Below, piece by piece: positions 1-12,529 of a DNA stretch of 64,000 nt. How positions within the stretch are numbered: the stretch's first letter is position 1; each line of letters opens with the position of its first letter. This stretch comes from Eutreptiella sp. 'Long Island Sound 2002' (taxonomy: Eukaryota; Protista; Euglenida). The position numbers and the translations under genes were made by a program. Location: positions 4,340,001-4,404,000 of the forward strand of contig OZ038378.1 in NCBI GenBank assembly GCA_964036045.1, written 5' to 3'. The notes under the pieces are model-generated. The model saw only the letters and a list, made by a program, of their open reading frames with translations, was not told where the DNA came from and ran no database searches.

Positions 1-214
1 CCAGGCGGCAGGTCCAGGTGCAGGCTGCTGATCGCAGCCAGGGTATCAACCCTGTGAAAGACGTAGAAAGCATTCGCCACACATGCCGCGTGCCACTGGG
101 TGCACCTTTTTGCATATGTGCTGTGTCCCTCTTGATGCAATTTTGCGGATCAGCGCGATTCCCGACGCTGTTCGGGCAAGTGGTGACGCGATTGTACTCA
201 AACAGGTTATTCAA

Positions 215-352
215 TTAGGGCAATCAAATAGGCTAATCAAATAGGGTACTCAAATAGGGTACTCAAATAGTGTACTCAAATGGGGTACTCAAATGAGGTA
301 CTCAAATAGTGTACTCAAATGGGGTACTCAAATAGGGTACTCAAATGAGGCT
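215..352. repeat. 13-bp minisatellite (TACTCAAATRGGG)n, about 9-10 units
   Basis: Direct tandem copies of tactcaaataggg/tactcaaatgggg/tactcaaatagtg. Confidence 0.9.
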
Positions 353-546
353 TCGTTACACACCAGCGTGCATTCCCGACAAGATCTCCGACACATTTAC
401 GAATCAGCACGCAATTTACGGGCCGCCTCATGTTACGTGAGGCCCCCGTTGTCATGATTAGATCGGTGTGGCATGATGGATAATCCGCTGGATTTGGGCC
501 GATGCCGACTGACGCTTTGCAGTGTCGCATTCTTTTCCATCTCCAG

Positions 547-671
547 GAAAGAGAGTATTGCTGGTCGACGACATTGATGATACCCGCATCACCCTGTCCA
601 CGGTGCTGGCTAAGTTGTCGGAATTGACCCCAGCTGCCGTTGGCGTGTTTGTCCTGCACAGCAAAAAGAAG
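547..671 (+). CDS. HPT1: Purine phosphoribosyltransferase (yeast Hpt1/Xpt1 type), internal exon with PRPP-binding loop
   Basis: ctccAG|GAAAG...AAG|GTcc boundaries. Encodes (G)KRVLLVDDIDDTRITLSTVLAKLSELTPAAVGVFVLHSKKK, resembling yeast Hpt1 GKNVLIVDEVDDTRTTL...FGIFVLHDKQK as recalled. Confidence 0.85.
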
Positions 672-1123
672 GTCCTCCTCGTCTGCGCAGTGCATGTCGG
701 AGGTGGTGATGCCAAACGCGGGTTTTACAGTGAGTTGTGCTGGCCCGCGAACCCTGGGAAGCTGAATTAATTTAGTGTTTGCGGCCCAGCAGCCTTGCCG
801 GCCTGGGATTTGCATCATTTCTGACAGTGCGATGGCACGCTCACTTGCTGAGATGATCATGACGCGTAGGAGATCCAGCACACTTGTGTTTATGGGGAAG
901 GCTGTTGTCCACCATGCGTTGATACCCAGATCCACCCACATCTTCAGTGAATCTGGCGAGAGGGCAGAGGGAGACCGCGGCACTGCATGTGTACGCACCG
1001 TGTGGCCTCGGCATGGGCTGAGGAAGGGGTGGTGCGGCGCAGGGTAAGAAGGCGCCCCTGGCTGACGGACCTAGTGAGGGCGTGCCGGGAGTGGGTCCCC
1101 ACTCGCTTTTGCACACCATACAG

Positions 1124-1174
1124 GACTACAAAGCGCCGGCCGAAGGCATATCTGAGTGGTTTGTCGGTGCCGAG
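1124..1174 (+). CDS. HPT1: Purine phosphoribosyltransferase, next exon (DYKAPAEGISEWFVGAE)
   Basis: catacAG|GAC...GAG|GTgtgc. 51 nt, phase 0 at both ends, in frame with both flanking exons. Confidence 0.75.
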
Positions 1175-2290
1175 GTGTGCGGTGCGGCGTTCGAGTGTTC
1201 AGGTCCGCAGGCACGCGAGGAGGGCGGGCGATCACGCACCCATTTCCCTTGTATGCCAAGCACGTGACCGCAACGGTGTGGCACAAGCCCAGAAATGCAG
1301 GGCCCGTCGTCCAGCCCGCCCTACCGCATGTGGGAGTCCCAACAGCCGTTAGATCGTCTTGGGCAGTGCACTCTTCAAGAGTGCCCGTGGTACAATCGGG
1401 GGAGCTTACCCCGCCACGGAGGGGCGGGGGGGGGGGGCTAGCTGCTGTGTCGTGTCACGTGCCTGATGGTTCGTGTACGAGGATGGGTGGCATTTGTGTC
1501 GGCTGTGTCGGCTGTGCCGCCATGACATGGAGGGGGGGAGGGTGGCTCATCGCAAAGTGTGGCGTGACACGTGTTGTGACATGGGTAAGCTCCGGGGAGA
1601 GAGATGGCTGGGGATGGATGCCACCACCACAACGCGAGACGCAAACAAGTCGGGGACAATCGCTGGCCAAGAGTGGAACAACAGTCGCAAATGCGGAAGG
1701 CGAGGTCGCAGGGATCCAATCAGGCCTCCGGACCCACAAAGTGGACGTAATATCGTACAGGGGGACAGCGGGGATGTGGACGAGGCGGGTGTGTCGCAAA
1801 CGCCAACAACCACTGGACGCCCGCCGACAGACGGCAGCAGGTAGTAGCCAAGGATCAAAGGGGCAGCAACAGCGCGCCAGAGGGCAGAGGATGATAGCCC
1901 ACAAAGGATGGATGCAGTGCAGGGACGCCGTCTGAGGTGCGCACAAAACTTCTTTTTAACACCCACCAATAGTTGTGCTGGCGACACTGTGGCCAGTGTG
2001 ACGTGACCTCCGTCGTACGTCCGTCCTACTCAGCTGTCGGGCTCTCGACCTCTGCACACAAATGCATGGAAGGGGTATCCCGTAAGTGTGGTTGCGCTTG
2101 TGAGAGTGGAGGAGATTCAGCGTTGGAAAGCATTTTGATGACTAGGGCGCACAGCGAGTGTTGGAGCCACCTGTCGGTAAGGTGACGGACCAGGGTGGGC
2201 TGGGTGCACGGATAGTCTGCATGATAGGGTCGGAGTAGTTCTGATCCACTGCAGGGCCAGGATGAGGGGTATGGGACCATATTTCTGCAG

Positions 2291-2352
2291 ATTGATAACC
2301 ACTGGGTCGAGTATCCGTGGGATGCAATCGACGTGGACAAGCATCACGCCAG
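2291..2352 (+). CDS. HPT1: Purine phosphoribosyltransferase, C-terminal exon (IDNHWVEYPWDAIDVDKHHAR)
   Basis: tctgcAG|ATT...AG|GTagcc. WxxYPW(D/E) motif typical of the Hpt1/Xpt1 C-terminus. The final stop-containing exon was not located. Confidence 0.85.
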
Positions 2353-3599
2353 GTAGCCTGTTGGCTTTGCAAGTCTTTCTGCCCTGCGGTTGCTGGGTTT
2401 TTGTGGAACACCGATCCGCTGGAATGCTGTTCGTGGCCTGACCACTGACATACCGAACAAGGCAAGTGTGTGCTGCTGGTCCAGGTCAGTGGCCAGGCAG
2501 CATGACGTCGAGCTTACTGGGCTGGTAGTCCACAGGTTATGTTGGTCCACCTTGGTTTATGTCTGTGTCTGCCCCCGGGGGCAACAACAATATGATATCC
2601 AGAGGTAGACGTGTGCACACTCTTGCAAAGTATCAACAATTTTGAGGTCCGTCACATTTGTGGCTCGGATTTTCCACCGCAAGTGTTGCTGTTGTCTGTG
2701 AAAGGCAACAAGTAGATGGTGGCCCTGCTCATCTGCACAAAGTATGCCAGAGAAACTATCGATGATGATTTGGGGATACCATGACACAAGTGCTCAATTT
2801 ATCAACACTGGATCTCATGAGAGATCACACCAACACAGGGTATTGGAGGGTTGCAGGGGGTGTGGAGAAAGGATTGATTTGGATTTGGTGGTCGATGGTG
2901 AGGCACACAGGACGCCTAGGGGTAGCTCAGTGGTGTCCCTAGTGACAATGCTGCCCAGGAGATTGTGTGCATGGTCTGGCTGTATGCTGGCTGCTGGCAG
3001 CTGCCAAGCTCCTCTGGATGTCTTGGATTCTCGATGCGTACGGTTTTGTTTTAGTGTCCATGTGTGCCTTTATCTGTTTGTGTATCTGTGTCTGTGTTTG
3101 TGCGTGTGCATGTGTGTGTGTGTGTGTGTGTGTGTGTGGATGGTGGGTGTCCCCTCCTTACACTACCACATGCTGACACAGTTGGAATGTGGGGGGGGGG
3201 GGGGGTTTGTGGGGGTTGGGGTTCGGGAGGGGGGGTATGCGAGGAGAGGTGATATGGGTGGGGAAGGGGGGAGGGCAGGTGGGCGTCTTCATGCCAACTG
3301 ACTGCGGAGTGGTTGAAGGGGGGGGGGGGGGGCTGTAGCACGGCAAGGGTCTCACCAGTGGGTTTGAGATGGGGCGCTGGTTGGAGTGTGCCAGTTGCTT
3401 GGCAAGTGGCCTAAGCAGTTAGCGGTGCCCGCCTCTGTTGCTGTCAGGGCTCAGGGCCTGTATTTGCACACATGGCCGGTCAGAAAGCAAGCAACAACTC
3501 CTAGGTTGATCATGAAGTAGTGCTAGCCCACCTGAAATTTCAGCCTTGTTGCCTGCTGTAGTGAGTAACTAGATTGCGTGGGGTATGTGTGTGTACAGT

Positions 3600-5450
3600 A
3601 TCTAGGCACTGTATAGCGCATGTGGGGTTCTGCCATACAATTCCCCTGGGGCAATCACTACAAGTGACGGTGCTCGTTGTGCCAGGCGCAACACCACTGC
3701 CTGGCCATGTGCAAGGGGTTGGGCTGCGAGAGACCCCCTTATGGCCGCACCCAGACCCCCCCCCCCCCTATACTCCGCCAAGTACAATTTCGGCACAACC
3801 ACATGAGGGAGGGCACTTTGTGGGTGTTGTCTGTTGTTGTTGAGGTACTGACGGGAATCTCCCTGTCTCAAGCCCCTTATGGTCAAAAGTCCCAAATGTT
3901 GCTTGCAGGGAATATTAGTGTGTTGGGCACGCGCCGTGGATCTTTTTAGGCCAAAATGCCCCCGACCATTGGCACACCAAGCGCTATCCAAGGTTTCCCC
4001 AACCTAGGGACCTTGAGGAGACAGGGGTTACAAAGCCATTTTGATTCCTCCCCACTCTAGGGCCCCCAAAAGGTAGGGATGATGTAGCCAATTTGATACC
4101 TCTCCGCTTTGCAAACCATGAGAAGGCATGCTATGATTCTTCCTTGGATTGGGGACCCGGAGGCGACATGGGTTACGTCGGCATCCCCCCCCCCCCCCGA
4201 GATGGTACGGGTTACGCACCAAACATTGAGTGGTCCCGGACGACAGTAGTGTTGTGTAGCCGTCAACATTGAGTCCCCAAAATGGTAGGGGTTACGTAGC
4301 CTTCCCCGAGGCCAAATTTCGTCGTTGATCCCTCTAGTTACATTGTGCAATAGAAACACATGTGGAAAGCGAATAAACAAATTATCAAAGTAGTTGTCCG
4401 GGTGTTCCACCTTGTTAGCCGCAAACAATTGCTTGTGGGCAGCTCTGTGCTTTTCTATGCTAGTTAGAGGGCTGAGTTTGAGGTGTGAGAGAGATATGTA
4501 CCTCCATGGCCATCACCACTACAAGGGGATATATAGCCAACATTGAGTGGTCCCCGATGACGGCAACAGGGGGGGGGGGGTCGGCCATGGCAAGGGTTAC
4601 ACAAAAGTTTCATTTCTCCTTCAGAAAGGGTTATGCGGCCGTTTCACTTTTCCCCAAGGTTGAGGTGGCAAGGTCTACACAGCCATTTTGTTTCCCCCTT
4701 GGATAAGTCGGGAGGAGTTTTGCTTTTATGGGTCCTAGGGCATGAATGAATTGTACCATTGTGAAAAGGGCATCACCAACACAGTATGCCAGTGATACAT
4801 CTTTGGGGTGCTCTCTACGGTGTTTCAACATTGTTCATCTCTTTATTGACCACTTATTATGTTTGAAGGTCTGCGGGTGACATGACAAGGCCTTCCAATG
4901 TATCACCTACGCCTTAAAAGATGAAGATGTCACTAATGACTAGCCCCACTTTTGCGCATGCAAGAGCTGCATTGGCTCTTCTGATGGATCACATACTAGT
5001 TCATCGTTGTAGCGGAGTGTTTCTTTGGCTCCTATGGGAGATGGTGACAACCCTAACAACTCTTGCCGCTTGTGCTCCACATTGTGAACATCTTCACATT
5101 CCAGAGCAAGTAGCAGGGCACTCCCGCATTTGGCTTACCCACAGCTTCCACCGGCAGCATGCAACCGGATGCTCATGCTGAAAGCCACAAAAGAAGCCCA
5201 TCACAAGGGCGGTAGGACGAAAGTGACGCAACATAATGTGGTCCGGGAAGCGTGCTTTGCAACTATTAGCCAAGTGCAGTATAAGGGCCACGTGCATATC
5301 AATATGCCTTTTGTTGGGAGAAAGGTTGGCACTTGGATGGTCCAATAAATGTCATATGATGATGCACATGGGTGATGCAAGGCATGGATTGAGCAACTGT
5401 TTGTGGTCTTGGTTCAGCAAGTCTGTATTTTGTTGCATTTTATTTGGAGG
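3600..5450 (-). mobile_element. Decayed non-LTR (LINE-like) reverse transcriptase relic
   Basis: The - strand gives FKA*VIHWKAL (about 4890-4920, like DxxKAYDxVxW) and LAYCVGDALF (about 4770-4800, like the YxDD region), with many stops. Confidence 0.4.
4020..4330. repeat. Cluster of an approximately 60-bp dispersed repeat (GGGACCCC.AGAAGGCAGGGGTTAYGTAGCCATTTTGATTCCTCTCCGC)
   Basis: Degenerate copies here and near 26510-26700, 36710-36790, 40260-40430, 44880-44960, 50870-50940 and 51740-51850. Confidence 0.7.
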
Positions 5451-5471
5451 CTAGTCCATTACCCCTTGCAT

Positions 5472-5810
5472 GTTTGGAAGAATAGCGATGAAAGCAACTC
5501 AACTGCCATGTAAGATGATGGAGAGGATGAGGTTAAGTGTTGTGCATTGTGCCAGAAGCACACCAGTGTAATGAAAATTATTTCGTGGAGTGTATTGACC
5601 CACACATTTGTGGGGACAAAACTGTTTATAAGGCACAACACATGTCATATTTGTTGTGCAAAAGGATTCAAGAATTTGGTCTTTTCTTGTGTGCTTTGTA
5701 GGACCGGCTTGGGGTTGATCCTGGTCTGCTTAGGTGGGCTTCTTTAGGGGAGGGCAAAACCAGAGATAAAGTAAAGACACTAGGCACTCAAAGTAGCATG
5801 CAGGGTGCGT
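5472..5810 (+). mobile_element. 3' end of the DDE/B-box element family (B-box-like module plus shared terminal motif)
   Basis: DDGEDEVKCCALCQKH...VECIDPH. The downstream GGGGAGGGYAAA...AAAGTAGCA terminus is shared with copies at about 10200, 19690, 40760 and 56110. Confidence 0.6.
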
Positions 5811-6262
5811 GCCCGGTGTGCGCCAAGCGAACACTCCCCCGATGGAGTTTTCTGCTTGGGCTCCCTTCAGCCCGGAACGTATCGCTAGTGGTGGTGTTGG
5901 GGTTGTGGCGGATTGGTTGGGCGGGCCAGGTGGGTGGGAGGGTGGGTGGTGGTGGCGGTGGTGGTGCATGGCCAGGGGGGGGGGGGGGTTCAGTTCACGG
6001 TGCGTTTCTGGGGAGAGGGAGAGCACAGATTCTGTCACCACCTATGCGGATGCAGGCCACTGTCAGAGATGTCTGCTGATGGGCAAGCTGGGCTGCTGCA
6101 AGGCCGGGCTGGGTCGGAGTTTCGAGAGTCCACAACCTGGCACTGTGTTTTACAATGATCAATTTCATCATACTCTCAGTGGGCTTCTTCAGGGATAGGC
6201 GCTGGTTGTTTTCTGAGACTCTGTCGGTTTTTCTGAGCAGTGTTTGTTTGTTTCATTTGTCT

Positions 6263-6299
<37 letters not shown>

Positions 6300-6401
6300 T
6301 TGTGTGTGTGCCGGTGTGTTGGTGTGTGGGTGGGTATTTGTGTCCGTCTGTGTGTGTTTATGCTTGTGTCTTTATGTTTGTGTGATTCTGTGTGCGGTTG
6401 G

Positions 6402-6439
<38 letters not shown>

Positions 6440-6611
6440 GGGATTGCCCAGTTGAAGTTTTACCCCCCCCCCCCCGGTAAACTGCAGGCCTATTGATTTT
6501 ATTTGTGTGCCTGTCAAACGCCGAACCTTTCACCTCTGTAAGATTTAGTGTTGCCTGCTTCGCGAGACACTGTGCTTTTTCCCTGGCCTGGTTCTTCCCC
6601 TTGTGGCTGCC

Positions 6612-6755
6612 TGTTTGGAAGAATAGCGATGAAAGCAACTCAACTGCCATGTAAGATGATGGAGAGGATGAGGTTAAGTGTTGTGCATTGTGCCAGAAGC
6701 ACACAGTGTAATGAAAATTATTTCGTGGAGTGTATTGACCCACACATTTGTGGGG
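6612..6755 (+). repeat. Near-identical local duplicate of 5472-5612 (B-box-like module)
   Basis: About 140 bp almost identical to 5472-5612. Confidence 0.85.
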
Positions 6756-7399
6756 TCCACACTGGCTGAGCAGTTGAAACATATTTTGGAGATTCCGCTA
6801 CATACAGGGCACGCCCCACATGCGCCCCATTTGCCTGTGAGAGCATGGCACCCTGGTCAAATGCAGAAATGGATGGCTGTCATCCCCACTCAAAACACAA
6901 TGGAAACGGTCCAATGGTCCTTGAGAGAGGACACGCAGTTTGTCGTGAGATTTTGTGGAACTGAAATGTAAGGGACCCTTCAGTTCCACGACTCTGTTTG
7001 GGTGAAAAAGAGTGGCTGAAGTGGCTCTTGTCACCAGGGATCAGGGGCAAAGACGTGGTCCAGTTGTACCTAAAGACTACTGAGGGGGCAAATTTTATTT
7101 GCGCAGGGGCCAATACACCGAGGGGAATGCATTCACCAGCCATTTGGTTCATCTTTATTTTTCAGCCCTGCCCCTCCAAATCCTTCTTGCCACTACCCAA
7201 CCCCGTGTCACTGGACACCAAGTGTATTCCACGGTACCCAACCAGCCTTTAATGAACCGCCCAGCCCCCCCCCCCCCTTTTCTGGGGTTCTTTCGTCGAA
7301 CACGATGCTCGGAAGTTCTAATCTCAGGTAGTTCCTTGCTCTCTGGGTGTGGGGGGGAAACGCATGACAGCCTTTCTGTTCCATATCCTCTGTCGATTT

Positions 7400-8400
7400 C
7401 AAACCGAAACCATGGACGTTAGCAACTCAGACAGTGCCGCACAAATCATGCCCGTCACCGAAATCATGATTACGGGGAAGGGTGGCAGGGCAAGATCCCG
7501 ATGGCACGGAGCCCTGCAGTTTGGGAACATTAGTGCTCCGCAACAGCCTCGCTCTGTGTGCGCTGCTCTATGAATTGCCTTCTGCACCTTTTTTTGACGA
7601 CAATTCCATTTGCAAGATTTTGCATTGCCTGGCACAAGCACTGCAAGATGCTTGGAGGCCTGACCTTTGAGGGCAACAACAGCAACACCATGTTATTTTT
7701 TCCATGTTGTGCATTGCACAACCTGCAGCATTGGGTTTCTTATAAAGCCCTCAGCGACCCCTTAATCCTGCTTAATATCTGACTCGTCTGAAAGCCTGAA
7801 TGAACGAAGTCGGAATATACGACCCAAAAACCTGTGTGAAAATCGGGTTGAATCGGACAGCTTCATTTTGCCAAAGCGAAAAATATCGCTTGTTTTGATT
7901 CTGTTTCCAGCAGATTCCACAAATGCCATTGCTGTGCTGCAGCAGCTTTGTGCTTGAGCCCGTTTACAAGACACAATGACCCGTCGCAAAGCAGTCGTCA
8001 GGCCCTCTCCCTCACCCGTGGCGACTGTCGATTTTGGCCCTTGGTGTTCACGTGTGCAGGGAAAGTGGGCGGGGGGTAGGTTGGGGGTAGGGGAGGGGGG
8101 TGTTCCCTGACAGCAATGGCAGCAACCAGCCGAACCTGGATGAGATCGCACCGCCAGTACTCTGAGAACCAATGAGCTGCACTTTCATCAGATCTCTTTA
8201 TCATACCCGGAACAGCCGCCTGTGCATCTTTGACACGACCACCCACACGCTTCACCCCCCCTGTCCTGCACGAAACCGTTGGGTGCAGTAAGCCAAGGTG
8301 CCGTGACAGGGTTTCAAGCTCAAGCACAGGGCTCTTATGTAGATGAGATGCGCACATCCACTCCTGCAGCATTGCGAAGCAAGGGCTTCATGCAAGCCTT
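7400..8400 (-). pseudogene. Frameshifted Fanzor/TnpB-like RNA-guided endonuclease relic (RuvC plus zinc ribbon)
   Basis: Ordered - strand motifs: RVLA(C)D/PG at about 8134-8165; I-F-A-F-G-like at about 7867-7890; VAEGF..TQCCRLC at 7716-7758; (F for C)PNC at 7516-7527; HRD at 7495-7503. Joining them needs several frameshifts. Confidence 0.55.
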
Positions 8401-9739
8401 CCTGAACATCTGCAGACTGTCACATGCATTGCCTTGCGAAGGCTCATGGCTGCCATTGACCCGCGCTGGTCTGTCGCTCCTGCAGTGCGATGGGCCACTT
8501 CTGACTTTCTCCCTGTGCTGAGCACTGGGGACCCCCGAGAATGCAGGGGTCATGTGGCCCTAAGGACCGCACATGGGGATTGTGCATGTGACGAGGAACG
8601 CAACCCCTCCGGCCTGCAAATTCCTTTGCTGCACCATCCCGCTCCCCTTTCCCATGGGGTGCAATCCATCGCGCGATTCAGCCTGATTGATCCGTGAATG
8701 CCTGGGTGCCATGCGCACGTTTCCGCAGTGCCAGGCCGACGGCCAGGGTGTGCAAAGGCAGGCAAGGGTCACTCAGGTGAAAGTGTGGGTGATGCAGGCG
8801 GCCTCGTGCCCTTGTCTGCTTTTGGGAAGTATGCGACCAGAATGATACCATAATCTCGGCCTTCGCCCTGTCTTGTATATACATGTATATATTTGCAGTC
8901 ACCGCATTTGTCGCTTTGGATCTAAGAGACCTATGGCGGGAACTGTCGTGGTGGGGATGTCGAGTCTGTCATGATCCACCATGGAGCCTCATGGACACTT
9001 TGGATGTTCCCGTGACTACCCACTGAGTTGCTCCATCCACGTGGTACATCTATTGGCTGGGTAACACCGTAAGTCAACGGGACACTCGAGGCATGATTGT
9101 ACAAGCGAACTGCTAGTGTTCCGCGGGCATGGCTCCTCCAATTGTCCTGTTGCTCCACAATGCGTTGGTCCCGCTTCTCTTGTTTGCTACCACTGGACCG
9201 CTGAATTCCTCCAGACAACTGCAAACCTCTCAAGAAATTCAAAATTGGCAGCTGGAGTCAATCCAGGCATTCCATTGTGTACTACCGAGTGTACAGGAAG
9301 TGGCCTTCAGGAGGCACAGCATGGGGGTCAGCACCTTCAGATCTAGAGGTGATGCTGAATACCATTCTGTTGCAAGAGGCAACTCTGAAGTTCACGCCAC
9401 TCTCTATTGTTTGGGTCTGTGAGCTCGTGCGTCACGTGTGACAGCTACCTGGAAACCATTTTTGCATCGTAATATCTGCATCCAAACCAGCCCACAGGCT
9501 GCATCTCCGAAAAGATAAACACTGGAACCAACCTGGATGTCGCCGGCAACTTCTTCGTCGTACGAAAATTGCGGTAATTTCCTGAACTTTAAAAAATCTG
9601 CGGAACAAAATCTCTTCAAAGCACACGAAAGTACCTGGGAGGGACAGTTGCCAACATGCAAAATGGTCAGCGTAACATGGGGATGATTGCGGGGCAAATA
9701 CCTCCGGTGCTGCATAGTGATCTCCAGATTCTTCTCTGT

Positions 9740-9770
<31 letters not shown>

Positions 9771-9905
9771 GCCTCTCTCTCGCTCGTTTCTACTTGCTCC
9801 TTTCATTTGGTGCTTCTGTTGCCTCTACTTGCAAGCGGCTGTGTCCGAACCCTTCTCACCATTTTTGCCAACCGTTGTGATGCAATATTTGACCTTGGGG
9901 GGAGC

Positions 9906-10240
9906 GTTAGCGCGCCAGGCGCGCGCCGGGCATCTTTTTTTGACTATTCCCCACTCGTGCCTGTTCTTGCCCCCACCTCACCAAACAATTTGGAGTATCT
10001 TCTCGCCGTGTCGCAGAATTTGGCCCATCCTTTGCACCCAATTTATGACGATGGCAAGGGTGGTGGTTGGAAGTGGTGGGAGTGACATTTTGTGTTGTTG
10101 AATTCTCATATTTCGGCTTATACAAGGTGCCTTGCACAGAAGTTTTGCGGTCTAGTGCGCTCTACTTGGGGGACTTCCCAAGGTGAGGATAAACTTGGGG
10201 CTAGAGATAAGATACTTAATACAAAGGTAGCGCGCCGGGC
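9906..10240 (+). mobile_element. Short non-autonomous element bounded by direct AGCGCGCCRGGC motifs
   Basis: Starts ttagcgcgccaggcgcgcgccgggcatctttttt and ends aaaggtagcgcgccgggca, the same termini as 55390-56125. Confidence 0.55.
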
Positions 10241-12529
10241 ATGCACCCCCTTGCACTTGTGCTGCGCCACAGACCATTTTTGGAGGTATTGTTCCGTGTG
10301 TCCGCTCCGTTGTTGTGATTCAAGGGGCAGCTGCATGCTCATCTGCACCTGACGCAATCCCCAGTTTTCTGCTCTTGGATTCTCGCCATTTTCTCAAAGC
10401 TCTTCGTGCACATTGCTTTGCGACTACAACACATTACATTGAAGCGCCATTTTAGAATTGGCGTGCTGGACTTGCTAAAACCTGGAATGCCTTCCCTCCC
10501 CTCGCAAGTAGGTTTTACGCCCTCCGCCCCCCCCGCCCCCCGCAAGTGGCAGCACAACTCGGCGTGTCATTTTGTGTATTTTAACCCGAGGTGCACCTTA
10601 ATGCCTCAGCCCCCACCCCAAAGTTTTTGCCAAATCTTTGGGGCTGGGGTCTCAGATAAGAACGGTCCTCAGCCTCCTCCTCCCCACCCCCCCCACCCCC
10701 GTACCCCCGTACCCACAAACAAATTTCGGGAAGGGGAGGTATCTGGATCATATCCATAGCGTGGGAGACCACAGAGAGGCGAGGCTGCTGTGCCGCAGCA
10801 TCACCTATCACATGCCCATTCAGCGCCCTCGGATCTCACCTTCGACGGTCGTATGATGGGTGGCACATGCACCGCATGGCGAGAACTGCACGGAAAATTT
10901 TAACATCAGCGCCGCAGAGCTGTGCTGCACATTGCACTCTGCCGAATTGTAGTCACCACAGTAGCAGCAACAACGGTGGTCCTCCAATAGGCCCAAACGA
11001 GTCATCAATAATGACCGAGCGCACAGTGAAGTTTTGTGCACTTGGGTGTTGGGAAATGCGTTCTGCCCTGTGGAAGCTGTCTGGCCCCGTAAGAAAGTTT
11101 TCGCCACCCTCTCCTGTCTCCAAATGCTGTCCAATTCGAAGCCACCTCAGAAATGATTGCCAGTACCCTTTCTCACATCCGCAGGGCACAAAATCCTGTG
11201 CTTCGATCCATCCATGGAGCACCGCAAATTGATCCTTGCACACGTCCACTGCAATGGCTGGGCCAGCCTGCTGTTCCAAACAGAGGGACACAAATGGCGA
11301 GAACGGTGGGTCTGAAATAGCAACAAACGGCAATGATAACAGCCTGTGTTTTGTGATGTGCATTTTGGTCACTTTTGGTGTGCCCTGTCGTGCTCCCCTC
11401 CTGCCCTGGAGGAGCAAGAGGCCAGGCATTCCTCGAGGCGGCTTGTTCATGACGTGTAGAGTATGGGCTGTTGCGTTGCATGCGCTTCCAATGGGCACCT
11501 TCAAAGTCGCATGCGACGATGAAGGCTTACGAGACTCTGTCGTTGACGGCTGACCAAAAACTTTGGACAATCGGCAGGTGGACGTGTGTGTGTGCGTTGC
11601 ATGGGGAAGGGGGTGGGTCTGCTGGACACATTTTAGAACAGGATGGCCACACTGGAGGTCGTATGGGGGACATGTCAAGGATCGAGCCCATTCGGGGTCA
11701 GCAGAGAGAGGGCATGCAGGTGGGGGGATTGCGACAACATCATGCCGAAGCAAGCACATTTGCTGTGGATTCGCCAGTGCCCTGTCCGGTCGATCTTTGA
11801 ACGTTGAGGGTCGCCAGGCGTGGCGTGTGTCGCATTAGCAATGCGTTAATGGGGGCTCATCTTATCAGCTGCCACCAGTTTGGATCAGTAGTGCTGCTGA
11901 CCTAACCACCAGCCCAACGTGTGGTTCGCCCTTCCTGTTTTCAGGGGTTTCCTTCAGGCCAGGACGTGTTTCATTTCAGGAAAGTCTGGGACTGCCTAGT
12001 CATTTGCCAACTGCCGCCGGTCAACCGCCAACCGCCGATCATTGCCCACATCATGCGTGCACCGTGCAGGGGTTTTGTATTACCCCTGGAAGCAAAAAAA
12101 TTTTCCTCGGGCGCCTTCGGCGCCTTGGAATGTGGCCACTTTCCAGGGGTTCTGTCCAGGGGGTAACTTCCTGGTGCCTGACCAAAAAGATCCGAGCCCC
12201 GTGGGCACCGTGCCGCAACGCCCCCTTGATGATCAACCGACAATCGCCTCCCAAAACTGTGGCGGCTCGTTGGCAGTTGTCTCAGGGTGGTATTCTATGC
12301 CAAAATGGCGGTTTTTGCACTGCTGTGCACCACCGTAATTTTTTGGGGGGCGGGACCTTTGGGCTGACTCGGCTGCCAAATTTGGACTGCGAAGTAAATC
12401 TGCTTTTTTTGTTGTACCAGAGAGCGTCGAGTTCCACTTCTTCGGTTTGTTTTTGTGTTTCAGTGTATTCTTCCTGATACATGACCCTTGTGCTGCCGAC
12501 TTGACCAGTTGTGTGACGTTTCAGTGGCT

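Noticed and set aside
315-998. 227-aa ORF on the - strand
   Set aside because: Antisense to the HPT1-like exon, runs into the 13-bp minisatellite, and has no recognisable motif.
8930-9420. hAT-like reading (QLPILNFLRG...PWWIM) on the - strand
   Set aside because: Similarity is too weak, and the region is equally compatible with being the Fanzor-like N-terminus.
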